Below, piece after piece: positions 38,412-49,487 of a DNA stretch of 58,303 bases. The translations under genes were made by a program, and so were the position numbers. Each line of letters begins with the position of its first letter. Position 1 is the first letter of the stretch. Source of the DNA: Atractiella rhizophila (Eukaryota). The stretch lies in assembly GCA_021432655.1 (NCBI GenBank), contig MU271244.1:1-58303 (forward strand), in the 5' to 3' direction. The notes under the pieces were generated by a model. It made no database searches. It worked only from the letters and a program-made list of their open reading frames with translations, and was not told where the DNA came from.

Positions 38412-39547
38412 TCAAGCCGTGCTTAAGTATTCGGCAAATGTCTTGGGCTTCCATTCTGGCCAGACCTTGAAAGCATTGATGCGGTCAGAAGAGTCATCAG
38501 GTCCTAAATCAAACGTAGTTGTTCCACAACCCTCAGGGATCTGCAAGATATGTTATTCAAGCTGATGGTGGTGGAGACAAAAACAAACGTAAACGTGAAA
38601 GAAGTTCACTACTCCCGCGATATCTGGCGTCATGGGAAGGTCTTCCATCTTCACGTAGACGATTTCTCCACCGTATTTGTCCTTCAGCAATTCCTGCGGC
38701 ACAATTTATTGGCAAGGATCTAGACAATTGAGAGTGAAGAGAAACACACAGCGATGTGTTTCACGCTCAGACGATCTCCTTCCAACCTCCAAGTAGAGTT
38801 GTGGAGTACCTCTTTTGGCAGCGTGGTCAACGACCAAGCGAGGAAGCGACCAACGTCAACAAATGAAGTCGTGCTCAGGAGACCGTTCCCTTCATCTAGG
38901 ACCTTCACCTTATCCATTCCGAAGAGCCTGTAGGAACAAGAATTAGTGGACCTTACCTACATTGCCATGTCATGTTTGGCGATAGAAAAGATAAACACTT
39001 GCAAAGGCACAAATTCTGCAAAAACACCGGTAAGGTAGATCGCAGTCGGGAGTCCTTCAGCTTCCGCCAGTTTGCGAATCGCGAGTTTTGCCGCAAGAGG
39101 GGTGTTTTCTGTGCGTTGTACCACATCCGTACTTTTACAACTTCAATGAGTTTAAAAGCAACCTCACCTTTGGGATTTATGCCGAATTCGGACGGCACGA
39201 AAAGCTCGATTCCCGCTTTCTTTGTCGCTTTAACTAGAGGTTCCTGTGCCAGCAGATTTTTACCAATGGTGCTGATCAGAACCTCGATCCCCTTGCCCTG
39301 AAGGGAAGCGGCAATGGTATCCGGCGTAGAGTAGTCTACTGTGACGATTTTGATGTTTGGATGAGAAGGGACATCAGGCTTGTCCTGGCGAGTCAGGATG
39401 TATATTTTTGGGACCATGGGAAGGTCCAGAAACTGAATTTCGTCTCAGGGAACCATGCTTAGCGACAGAAGATAGGTGTACACTTTGCAAGAAAGTCTGC
39501 GAGATTTTTTCGGAGATTCCTGCAATAGCGAAGGTCTTGAAAGTCAT
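38412..39547 (-). CDS. NmrA-like / isoflavone-reductase-like atypical SDR protein
   Basis: MTFKTFAIAG, YILTR, VTVDYS, GIEVLISTIG, KAGIELFVPSEFG, SFVDVGRFLA, WRLEGDRLS and C-terminal WPEWKPKTFAEYL. Multi-exon. Confidence 0.85.
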
Positions 39548-40236
39548 GTTGTGCCTGGATGTCTGGTGAGTTGCTCATGCTGAAGCTCTCTCTCATCCCC
39601 TTTTAAGGTCACTCTAGGTGCTTAGATGTCGATATGTCTCCGGCTGGAACAATGCCTCCCGCTGGAGCAATGCTTGAACGTTAGGAAGTGACTAATGGTC
39701 AAGAAGTCAGCAGGAGGCTCCCACGCCGTTTCAAATAATTTTGGCAAGGAGCAAACTGGTTCCGTTCGTTTGTGGTTTGCGTGCCGGTTGCTTGCGTGTT
39801 GACCCTTAAAGATCTTCACTGCGGATGTCACAGGCACCACCATTGATGGGCAGGGAAGCACGGCGAATAGAGCAGGTCTGATAATTAACTGCTTAACTTC
39901 AATAAAATCAATGCACAAGTTCCCGTCTCCCTATCGGCGCTAAGCAGACCCTGCTTATGAATAGCTAGGAATTAATGAATCCAGCCTGTCTGTTTGCGCT
40001 AGCCCTGTTTTATGCCGGCCGCTTCCAATTCGTCGCCGTTATTCCTGGCAGGATGTCATATCGAACCTGAATTACCTGGAGTTTTCGCTGTCAAGTTGCG
40101 TAACCCTTCATTAGGAGCAAAACCCCTGTCATCATGGCAGCCTCACCTACTAATCCTTTCGCTCGCCAAAGACGTGTGGAATGTGATCAAATATACTAAA
40201 GACAAAGGATTATCCACACTTTACATACATGTATAT

Positions 40237-40764
40237 TGTAATACGAATAACATAGATGAACATTCTTCGTACTTTATGAGTCATTTTCTTTTGTCGCAGT
40301 CTTGCTTCCGTGACCTCGTTTCTCTCCCTCACACACAACCACCATCTTCTCTGAGCTTGCCTGTATTGAGGTAGAGCTAGTGCTGTGTGTGAGGTGAGTA
40401 CTCGTTAATTTCTACCTTTATTGTGCTTTGCTCATCGGGCACTTGTTTAAGGTCACATTTCATCTCCCTTTCCGAGTTCGAGGTATTTTATCGTTCTAGA
40501 ACACTCAAAGAGGGTGTGTTATTTCCTTTTCACCCTCTTCTCGCTTATTCATGTCCGTTCTCTTTCGTAGGGCTGTGCCAACAGCCTTGTCCGCTCTCTG
40601 TTAGCCCTCGCGGACTCTTTGGGTGTTTTAGGTACGCATACTTCATTGTTACTTATGCTTCTATGTTCCTTTTCTTATACTATGCAAACCATGTTTTAGA
40701 ACCCATTATTTCGAACTCACCGCCGCTAAACGAGCCTTGCCAGCTCTCACTTAGTCGCGTTATA
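40237..40764 (+). repeat. 5' LTR (528 bp)
   Basis: Starts TGTAATACG, ends CGCGTTATA. Direct repeat of 48511-49037 with about 6 substitutions and 1 indel by eye. Confidence 0.95.
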
Positions 40765-40766
40765 CT

Positions 40767-40778
40767 TGGTAGCGAGAG
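40767..40778 (+). promoter_or_regulatory. Primer-binding site, compatible with initiator tRNA-Met
   Basis: TGGTAGCGAGAG starts 2 nt after the LTR; TGGTAGCG is the tRNAi-Met-type PBS core of yeast Ty1/Ty3. Confidence 0.7.
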
Positions 40779-40828
40779 GATTCGCATCCTCGCCTTCGAC
40801 CTCACCCTCCGCCGTCTCATCGCAGTGG

Positions 40829-42289
40829 ATGCCCTTCCTCAGGGACCTCTTCCACACAATCCGATTGGTTGCCAATCTCCCGTTCTCGTCTTACCGAGGC
40901 CTCCGCGCAACCTCGCACGCGATCACGGGCACATTCGAGCTACTCGACTCAATCGGAGACGGATCAATTTTTTCGAAAGTTATGCAAGCTCTCCGCTCGC
41001 CGTTCACGTCGTGGACCCACGGAGCACACGCCAGCGAAACCCACACACCAGTGGCTCCGCCTCCCTCGTTCACGACGCCCATGCCAGCCCAAACAGCCCT
41101 TCCTTCCGTACCTCAGCACGAGCTCCTTCCACTCATCTACGAGTTGCTTTGCGAGCAGCTAGCCGACCTCGTCGACTGCACCAGTGACCTCCTAGCCGTT
41201 CTTCTTTGGCTAGGTGTGTTCTGGGTGGTCTTCTGTCGCGGTTACGTGCTCCGAACGGTCTACTTCTTTGCGCCAGGCTGGATTCGCTTTTTTCTCCCCC
41301 AGCCTGGAGAGCAATGGCCGATCATCCCTAGCTTCATCGGAAACTGGCTCAGGTTCTTAGAAGGAAGACCCACAGTCCCTGAACCCGCACATTACCAACC
41401 CGTCGTTGCGGAAGACGAGTTCCAAACTCCAGAACCCGTCCTTGCTCACGCTTCGCCGGCTCCCTCAGCCTTCGTTCAACCCGTCTACCCATTTGCCGCT
41501 CCTTTCGTACTCGACAAAGCGAAAACAGCTTTCACCGGTACCAACTTCGACGAGAAGTTTGAGGACTACCTCGACGAAATCGAGGACTTTATTCGCTATT
41601 ACCCTGAGAAATATCACTCCGAAGAGCGCAAAATCAGCCTCTTCTGCTCGAATCTCAGGGGTACGGCGAAGAGAGTGGTGCGAAGTGAGCAGAATGGGAG
41701 TGTGCAGGGAGAATGGCCGTTCCAAACGTACAACGAAGCCGTGGATCTTATGCGCACGACTTTCGGGTCCAAGAATCAGCTCAATCTTGATATGGATAGA
41801 TTGCTCCTCATTAAGAATGACGCTACGGTCAACAAATACGTCGCGGAGCTCAATGTCCAGTTCGCTAAAGTCACCCCCGTCAACTTTCGCGAGTTTTTTC
41901 GCAAATACCTCTTCCTGAAGAATCTGAAGGAGAAGGTGCTTGTGGAAATCCTCAAGACACCCGACTACATGAGTGTTCCCTATGATCATCTCACGGAACG
42001 CGCTATCGCGCTGGACAACGCTCTCCCCGACAGCCTTGCCTCCAAATCCTCTTCTTACTCCACGAAGAAACCTTCCGGTTCCCCCTCCAATAACAATTCC
42101 GCTGCCTCCTCGAAACCGTCACTTCCCCTGGGTCCAAACAAGAAACTCACTCCTGAAGAGATGGATCGAAGGAGAGTGAACAAGCTCTGCTTGTACTGTG
42201 GATTGCACTCGCAAGACACGGAGTGCACGGCGAGGAAGAACAACGAGAAGGGAAAAGAGAAGGAGGGCGGCTCGAAGTCAAAAAACTAG
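40829..42289 (+). CDS. gag: Retrotransposon Gag with an N-terminal hydrophobic extension
   Basis: Capsid-like FEDYLDEIE...[14 protein letters not shown] and C-terminal [21 protein letters not shown]...C knuckle-like motif. First ATG at 40829. Confidence 0.88.
   Translation: MPFLRDLFHTIRLVANLPFSSYRGLRATSHAITGTFELLDSIGDGSIFSKVMQALRSPFTSWTHGAHASETHTPVAPPPSFTTPMPAQTALPSVPQHELLPLIYELLCEQLADLVDCTSDLLAVLLWLGVFWVVFCRGYVLRTVYFFAPGWIRFFLPQPGEQWPIIPSFIGNWLRFLEGRPTVPEPAHYQPVVAEDEFQTPEPVLAHASPAPSAFVQPVYPFAAPFVLDKAKTAFTGTNFDEKFEDYLDEIEDFIRYYPEKYHSEERKISLFCSNLRGTAKRVVRSEQNGSVQGEWPFQTYNEAVDLMRTTFGSKNQLNLDMDRLLLIKNDATVNKYVAELNVQFAKVTPVNFREFFRKYLFLKNLKEKVLVEILKTPDYMSVPYDHLTERAIALDNALPDSLASKSSSYSTKKPSGSPSNNNSAASSKPSLPLGPNKKLTPEEMDRRRVNKLCLYCGLHSQDTECTARKNNEKGKEKEGGSKSKN
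42280..42286 (+). promoter_or_regulatory. -1 ribosomal frameshift slippery heptamer (gag-pol)
   Basis: A AAA AAC in the gag frame immediately before the gag TAG; pol (KKLESS...) is in the -1 frame. Confidence 0.8.
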
Positions 42290-43918
42290 AGTCGTCCGGG
42301 GTGGAGCAGAGCTCTTCGGACTTGAATGCACTATCTGCATCATGCCACCGTCCCTCGAAGAGTCGCCAACGCTCTCTCCACCTTAATTCGTTCGGGACGG
42401 ATTGGGAAGATCAGATTGTCGTGAGGGGAACGCTCAACGGCAATTTAGCCTCAGTCTTCCACGATTCCGGCTGTCTAGGCGACACAATCGGTTTCGTAGA
42501 TCCTCGTTTTTGTCAACGTTCCAACCTCCCTCTCATTCCTTACCCCGAAATCCTACACACGGAAGGAATCGAGGGAAAACCTGGGTCCGCTATCACCCAC
42601 CACGTTATCGCCACCATCGAAATTCCTTCGATGGATGGAGTCTTCAAGTCCTTGGATGTTCAGCTTGGAGTGCTGCCAATCGCACATGCAGACGTGGTTA
42701 TCGGGAAGAAATGGTCTGCGATTTTCAATCCCATCCCAGATTTTCGCACCAATACCCTCTCCTCACGCTCAGGGGTAGAGTACCCTTCTGGCCATTCGTT
42801 CATCCCTTCCCACAACGAACTTCCACCTTCGGAGGACGAGTCAAAGAGTTATATCTCTTTGATGCTCGGCTGGCTGGGGCTCAATGCCTTCTGTCCAGTC
42901 AAGCCTTCCGCCGTCTCTCCACCCACTCCTGTGTCTCCTTTGACGTCCACTTTGGCTGCCCACAATCCCAACGTGCGCAGGACATCCTATCCGTCAAGAA
43001 GATACACTGCTCGAAGAAGCAAGTGTCGGCTTGCCTCTCTACGAATTCCACTTCGCGAGCAACTCCCTTTTTGGACGACTTGTCACTCAACATCCCCGGA
43101 TGCGCATCCAACCAAACCCAAGTCCCATTCCAACGTTCGAGTGATTAGTTCGCTTGCCATCAAGCGCGCAGCAAGAAAGAAACAACCTATGTTCATCGCT
43201 GTGGTCCGCCCTTCCTTGGAAGGCCTGGAGGAGTCAGACACCTCAGCTCCTCGTCCACACATCACAGATGTATTCCAAACGGACAACGCAGCTCTCAAGG
43301 AAGTCCTCAATGAATTTCGAGATGTCTTCTCCTCAGATCTTCCAACTGGGGTTGTCGACAGAGGCGTCTACCACGAGATTCATGAGATCCCCGGTTCTTC
43401 TCCGCCTAACCGTCCACTCTATCGCAACTCGCCCTCAGAACTAGCTACTCTGAAGGCGTGGATAGAGGAAGAGGTGGAAGCAAGTCGCATTCGTCCCTCA
43501 GACTCCCCATACGGTGCACCTATCTTATTCGTCCCAAAGAAGGATGGCAGCCTGCGACTCTGTCATGATTTCCGAGCGTTGAATCGACAGACTATCAAGA
43601 ATCGCTTTACTCTCCCTCGAATTGATGATTGCCTTGATCGACTTGTTGGCGCCAAGTTCTTTAGCAAGATCGATCTTACCAAAGGCTATAATCAGGTCCC
43701 AATTCACCCGGATTCGATTCACAAAACGGCTTTCAAGACACGCTATGGACTCTATGAATCCCTTGTCATGCCGTTTGGACTCACCAATGCCCCTGCAACG
43801 TTCCAGGCATTGATGAACAAAGTCCTCCGACCTTTCCTCGATCAGTTTGTTGTGGTCTACCTCGACGATATCCTCATCTACTCGAAGACAGCTGAAGAGC
43901 ATGCTCAACATATCCGTC
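42280..43918 (+). pseudogene. pol: Pol 5' part: aspartic protease and truncated reverse transcriptase
   Basis: FHDSGC protease motif; RT motifs [55 protein letters not shown] and [10 protein letters not shown]. Similarity stops after HAQHIR. Confidence 0.92.
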
Positions 43919-43994
43919 TATTCCATATTGAGAAAACGACAATCCTGCTCCAGTTTTATTCTCCAAGTCAACTTTAATCAATCTCTCCTTCAGC

Positions 43995-45484
43995 ATGTCA
44001 CCTTCCCCTTCATCAGCTCTTGCCGAGGCGAGCGCGATTCCACCAACACCGAAACCGAAATATGTACTCAGTACAGCCGGTGAGCTTTCTTTCCCTCCAC
44101 CGGCCTACAATTGCTAACTCCCCGCTCCAGAAAGTTTCATAGCTGGAGGAATAGCAGCGTGCGTCCCTCTCTCCGTTTCCCTAGTTTGGTCAAGCGGGAC
44201 TGATTGTTTGGGTCACAGTTGCGGCAGCGTGACCTTCACCAATCCTTTTGAAGTAGCCAAAACACGGTTACAGTTGCAGGGAGAGTTGCAAGCTAAAGGC
44301 ACGCAGAAGGTGTATAACAATGCTTTCGATGCGTTACGGAAGACGTGGAAATTTGAAGGAATCAGGGGAGTCCAAAGCGGTCTCACGGCTGCTGTGAGTC
44401 TCCTCTTCCATTACTTCACAATTTTCACCAACTGATGCAATATCTACGACTTGTACAATAGTACGGATATCAGATGGCATTGAACGGTTGTCGGTTAGGC
44501 TTTTATGACCTTTATAGAACCACTTTGAACCGGTTAGCTGGTGTTGAGGATGTTACAGCCCAACATGCTTGGAGTAGTGTCGCAGCTGGAGCAAGTAGCG
44601 GAGTGACAGGAGGTAAGCATTTTCCTCTGCCCTTACCGCCCAATCTGTTTAAACATCCTCCTTCTTTCTTTGCGAGTGAAAGTCTGACGGAATCAACAGC
44701 GATACTTGGAAACCCTCTTTTCCTCATCAAAGCGAGGATGCAAGCGTACTCATCGGCAAACCCCGTCGGCGCGCAACACAAGTACAAGAGCCCATTACAT
44801 GGCTTACAACAGATAATGAAAAAGGAGGGCACCAAGGGTATCTTTAGAGGCGTGGATGCAGCCATGTTTCGAACAGCGTGTGGGAGCTCAGTCAGTCGTT
44901 CCATCCCTCCTAGCTCCAATTGATTTTGGCTCTACAGGTTCAACTGCCAGCATACAATTTTGCCAAAAGTTCGTTCACCTCTCTTTGCATTTTTTTGATG
45001 TGGTAACAACAATACGAAACAGTCTACTTATCTCAGTATATGCCCTCCGACAGCGTCTTCACCTACATTCTCGCCTCCACCTTTTCTGGCGCTTGCGTGT
45101 GCCTCGTCATGCAGCCGGCTGGTATGTCCTTCTCTCACAACATTTCTTCCTTCATTGACCAGCCTGTAGATACGGCATTAACGAGAATGTACAATCAGTC
45201 GCCAGATGCTCTGGGACCAGATGGAAAGCCACGAGGGCTGCTTTATAAGAATCCGTTTGATTGTTTATGGAAGACATTCAAAGTAGAAGGTATAAGAGGT
45301 TGGTATAAAGGCTCGACAGCGCACTTATTGCGGATAGCACCGCATACGGTTTGTCTTCCCTTCCCTTAACGAAGAGAGGCACAAATGTTCTTTGATGGTA
45401 ACTGATCAGTTGCATACTTGTTAGGTTCTTACCCTTGTTTTCAACGAATTTGTCATCGCAGGATACCAGTCATTACGCTCATGA
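43995..45484 (+). CDS. OAC1: Mitochondrial oxaloacetate/sulfate carrier (SLC25 family)
   Basis: VTFTNPFEVAKTRLQLQGEL, YGYQMALNGCRLGFY, GNPLFLIKARMQAYS, DTALTRMYNQ and GWYKGSTAHLLRIAPHT are OAC1-type carrier motifs. Several short introns; ATG 43995, TGA ends at 45484. Confidence 0.9.
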
Positions 45485-45696
45485 TATCGACAAAGCATGA
45501 TAGAAGGACCGTAGAACTACTTTATTGATTGCTCCATCTCCCTTCGTACACAGCAAACCATCGTAGCTTCCGTCTGCACTCATTCTGCAAAATCTCAATT
45601 TTTTGCTCTGGAACCGACCGAAGATATATTACATCAAGTATAAGAAGAGCATGCGCATGAAGCGAACAAAAAAAGTAGAATGATAAGGAAACAGAA

Positions 45697-46962
45697 TCAG
45701 ACCTGCTTAGCAACCCTGGTGTAGTATTGCCGGCGATCAACCTCGTCACTCCACGGGACAACGACATAAGAGATATCTCTTTCGGAACACACGTCTTTCA
45801 ACAGAAGGGTTGGTTTTGAGGACGAGTGCATTGATTTTAAATTTGGCCAGTTGCCCGAAGTGATGGACCAGACCAGTGAGCCATGCCAATGTTTCCCTTT
45901 CTCGTCATTGACAAATAAGCTCTCTACTGAAGAAGAAGAGAGATGCTGAAAGTCGGGCGCAATGCCAGAAAAGTTCAGGGATCGGAGTTGGGAAAGCATT
46001 GGAAGGACACCAACTGCGATTGCAGTGAGGGAAGACTCGTCTTGGTGGTTAAGAGAGAGTTCTTCGAGCGTGGATGAGAAAGAAGTGATGAAATCTACGT
46101 AAACTCGTGTGGGTATGACTTGTAGAGTGGAAGGGTCAACGTAGATGTGGAGCTGTCGAAGCGTCTGGCCGCAGCTTTGGATGAGCAGTTGGCGAAAAGA
46201 CGGCTTGGGAAGAGAATTCGAAGACATGCGTATAGAACGTAAGGATGGGAAGGAGGCCAAAGCTTTCTCCTTGAAGTTGGGGAAGCCGAAATATGGAGAT
46301 CTACATTCAGGAGTCGAGACCATTCCCTCCATCGTGAGAGAAAGCCACATACCGGTTCAGTTGGAGGTGTTTTAATGTCGTGAGCCGCGACATGAAAGTC
46401 GCAACAGCCACGTCAAATTTTGTGTTGGATGGCGGAGTCAGCTGTCCCATGAACCTTTCAAGGTGTCCAGGGATAAAGTTGATGATGACGCTCTCGAGAG
46501 GAGGCAAGACCGGCCAATCAAATGATCTACATAGAAGGGTAAGACGAGGTCCTTCGATGATGAATGACAGGCTGCTGACCTTCGTACGTAAAATCCAATG
46601 GTCAACTCAAACTTCCTTAAATTCGGTAACAGCGTAAAAAATTCTCCAATTGTGCTCCACTCCCACCTAGGAAGCCTCAAAATCTCCAGAAATCGAACGT
46701 TCCTTCTCTTCTCCTCAGGCCAGTACTTTAGAAATACTCGTAGACGTGGGATATCCGCTTCTGAAGCGAGAAGTAGGTCGCGAAACCATTCTTGACTGAT
46801 GATTTCATGCCATAGAGAGCATGCATAGGCAGCAGGAGGAGTTTCAAGACTGGATTTGTCTGTCGAAGTCGAACCGAGGCTTCGAAGAGTGTCGCGAGCA
46901 GAGGCACAGACTAGTCGGAGAATGGAAGTGTGGATCTCGGTTGGAAGCTTTTGAATGCTCAT
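45697..46962 (-). CDS. F-box-like / LRR-like protein
   Basis: MSIQKLPTEIHTSILRLV...AYACSLWHEII is F-box-like, followed by LxxLxL repeats. Two ~52-nt introns (GTCAGC..TATGTAG and GTATGT..ATGTAG) restore one continuous frame. Confidence 0.72.
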
Positions 46963-47018
46963 CTTGCAGGTCAGGATGATGATGAGATGGAGTTGGAGAG
47001 AAAGCGTCCATTTTATAA

Positions 47019-48461
47019 ATGCTTCCTTTTCTGCGTGACCCAAGCCTCCACCGCGATCGATCAGTAACCGCGAAACTACGCGGCTTAGCGTTCAGTGAAA
47101 CCGGAGTCCTGTTAAAAGACAGAACCCGACTATACCTTCCGACTACTGAACTGAGAAACAGAATCCTTCAAGAGAGACATGACTCTGCGCTGGGAGGCCA
47201 CTTTGGTCAAGACAAAACCCTCAACGCTGTCTCTCGCGATTTCTTCTTCCCTCACCAAGTCCAGGTCATTCGGGACTGGTGTGCATCTTGCGCCATTTGC
47301 GCACGGACAAAACCATCAAACGAGAAGCCCAAGGGCAAACTCCAGCCGCTCCCAATTCCAGCAGCGCCATGGGAATCCATTTCAATGGACTTCATTACCG
47401 ACCTCCCACTCACGACGCTTGCGCACGATTCAATCCTCGTGATTGTGGATCGCTTCTCAAAAATGGTACACTTCCTTCCGTGTCGCAAGGACAACACTGC
47501 TGAACAGACCGCCATGCTCTTCCTTCAATGTGTGGCTCGACACGGTGTTCCCCTTTCCATCGTTTCCGATCGCGACCCCAAATTCATCGCGTCCTTCTGG
47601 CAGGAGCTCTTCCGACGTTTCAAAACGGATTTGAAGACCTCGACGTCCTACCACCCGCAAACGGACGGCCAGACGGAGCGAACGAATCGGACGTTGGAAC
47701 AAGTCTTACGCGCGTACATCTCGTACAATCAGGACGACTGGGAAGAACTGCTTCCATTAGCAGAGTTCACTATCAACAATACCCCTTCAGCTACAACCAA
47801 CGAGACCCCATTCTTCATCAACTACGGCTTCAACCCTCGCTTTCCGTCTTCATCGTACACCGGCGAAACCGTCAATCCGAAAGCAGAGCATCTCGTCCTT
47901 CGTCTTCAAGACCTACACAAAAAGGTGAAGGAGGAGATTAGAACCGCTCAGGAACGCCAAGCGCGATACGCAGACGTGAAACGTGGAGAGGTGGAGTTTA
48001 AGGAAGGTGATTATGTTTGGTTAAGCACGAAGAACTTACGGTTACGCCGCCCATCCCGCAAACTCGACGACCTCTGGATCGGCCCTTTCCGCATCAACGA
48101 AGTCGTCTCCCCCGTTGCATTCCGCCTCGGCCTCCCCGACTCCATGTCTCGCATCCACCCCGTCTTCCACTCGTCTCTCCTGAAACCGTGGCTCTCTGAC
48201 ACCACTCCATCAGCCATCTCCTCCCGTCGCAAACTCGCTGTCCCCCTGCCCACTGTCCTCGAAGAAGAAGATGAGCAGGAAGTCCAGCAGATACTAGAGG
48301 TTCGAGGGAACAAATACCTCGTCCACTGGGCGGGTGAGCATCATTCAGAGGCGACGTGGGAACCGAAGGAGAATCTCACCAACTGCAAGGAGTTGTTGGA
48401 TGAGTTCTGGGCGAGGGAAAGAGGGAGAAAGAAGGGAAGAGGCAGGAGACGACGTGCGTAG
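47019..48461 (+). pseudogene. pol: Pol 3' part: integrase (HHCC, DDE, GPY/F) plus chromodomain, detached from RT
   Basis: HDSALGGH...CASCAIC, WESISMDFIT, IVSDRDPKF, YHPQTDGQTERTNR, WIGPFRI and chromodomain KYLVHWAG...ATWEPKENL. Confidence 0.93.
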
Positions 48462-48496
48462 TCTCATTAGGCACCTCGCGAGGACGCTTCGGTCTT

Positions 48497-48510
48497 AGGA
48501 GGGGGGAGGG
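48497..48510 (+). promoter_or_regulatory. Polypurine tract
   Basis: AGGAGGGGGGAGGG directly before the 3' LTR. Confidence 0.9.
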
Positions 48511-49037
48511 TGTAATACGAATAACAGAAATGAGCATTCTTCGTACTTTATGAGTCATTTTCTTTTGTCGCAGTCTTGCTTCCGTGACCTCGTTTCTCTC
48601 CCTCACACACAACCACCATCTTCTCTGAGCTTGCCTGTATTGAGGTATAGCTAGTGCTGTGTGTGAGGTGAGTACTCGTTAATTCTACCTTTATTGTGCT
48701 TTGCTCATCAGGCACTTGTTTAAGGTCACATTTCATCTCCCTTTCCGAGTTCGAGGTATTTTATCGTTCTAGAACACTCAAAGAGGGTGTGTTATTTCCT
48801 TTTCACCCTCTTCTCGCTTATTCATGTCCGTTCTCTTTCGTAGGGCTGTGCCAACAGCCTTGTCCGCTCTCTGTTAGCCCTCGCGGACTCTTTGGGTGTT
48901 TTAGGTACGCATACTTCATTGTTACTTATGCTTCTATGTTCCTTTGCTTATACTATGCAAACCATGTTTTAGAACCCATTATTTCGAACTCACCGCCGCT
49001 AAACGAGCCTTGCCAGCTCTCACTTAGTCGCGTTATA
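48511..49037 (+). repeat. 3' LTR (527 bp)
   Basis: Direct repeat of 40237-40764. Confidence 0.95.
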
Positions 49038-49487
49038 GAACCAGTATGGCAGGAAATGTGCTGGCTGATTTGCTCAGGAAATCATGAAGCGCAACGTGAT
49101 GACTTGCCGCATGCCCCCCACATAACAATGCAGAATAAGGCTCTCCTCGTCGAGCACCCATCATCCTAATTACATGAAGCTCACCATATAATTCACGCTT
49201 CAGTACCCTTTTCAGCTCAAAAGGTCGGTGCCCTCGTTCCCTACTTGTCACAGAAACAAAACAGTCTTTCCCCACGTAGCGGCTCTCGAGCGTTTTGTGC
49301 ACGCCACAATATCAACTCCTGTTCAGCTGGATTCTGTCTCCTCAAGGCTCAAGGTAGTAATGTCAAGGTCTGTCCTGTGGGGCCTGCACCATGCTGAGGG
49401 GGAACCCAAAACTTCTCTTTCGCTTTCGCCGTCCAAAGTAGTGACACTTCAGACCCACTTACAGAGTTACAGGTTTGCATTAACAGC

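Larger units (their letters stand above)
40237..49037 (+). mobile_element. Ty3/Gypsy chromovirus LTR retrotransposon, split by a 3.1-kb host block
   Basis: LTR-PBS-gag-PR-RT(partial) at 40237-~43918 and integrase-chromodomain-PPT-LTR at ~47019-49037. RNase H is absent and no TSD is shared (left flank TATAT, right flank GAACC). Confidence 0.93.

Noticed and set aside
40423..41187. ORFs 40423-41187 and 48696-49169 with identical N-termini
   Set aside because: They are read-throughs of the two LTR copies, not genes.
46300..46600. Apparent frameshifts in the F-box-like gene inside the retroelement
   Set aside because: Resolved by two ordinary ~52-nt GT-AG introns.
47019..47040. Integrase ORF start MLPFLRD resembling Gag start MPFLRD (40829)
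   Set aside because: The nucleotide sequences differ at several codons and the match is too short; treated as coincidence.
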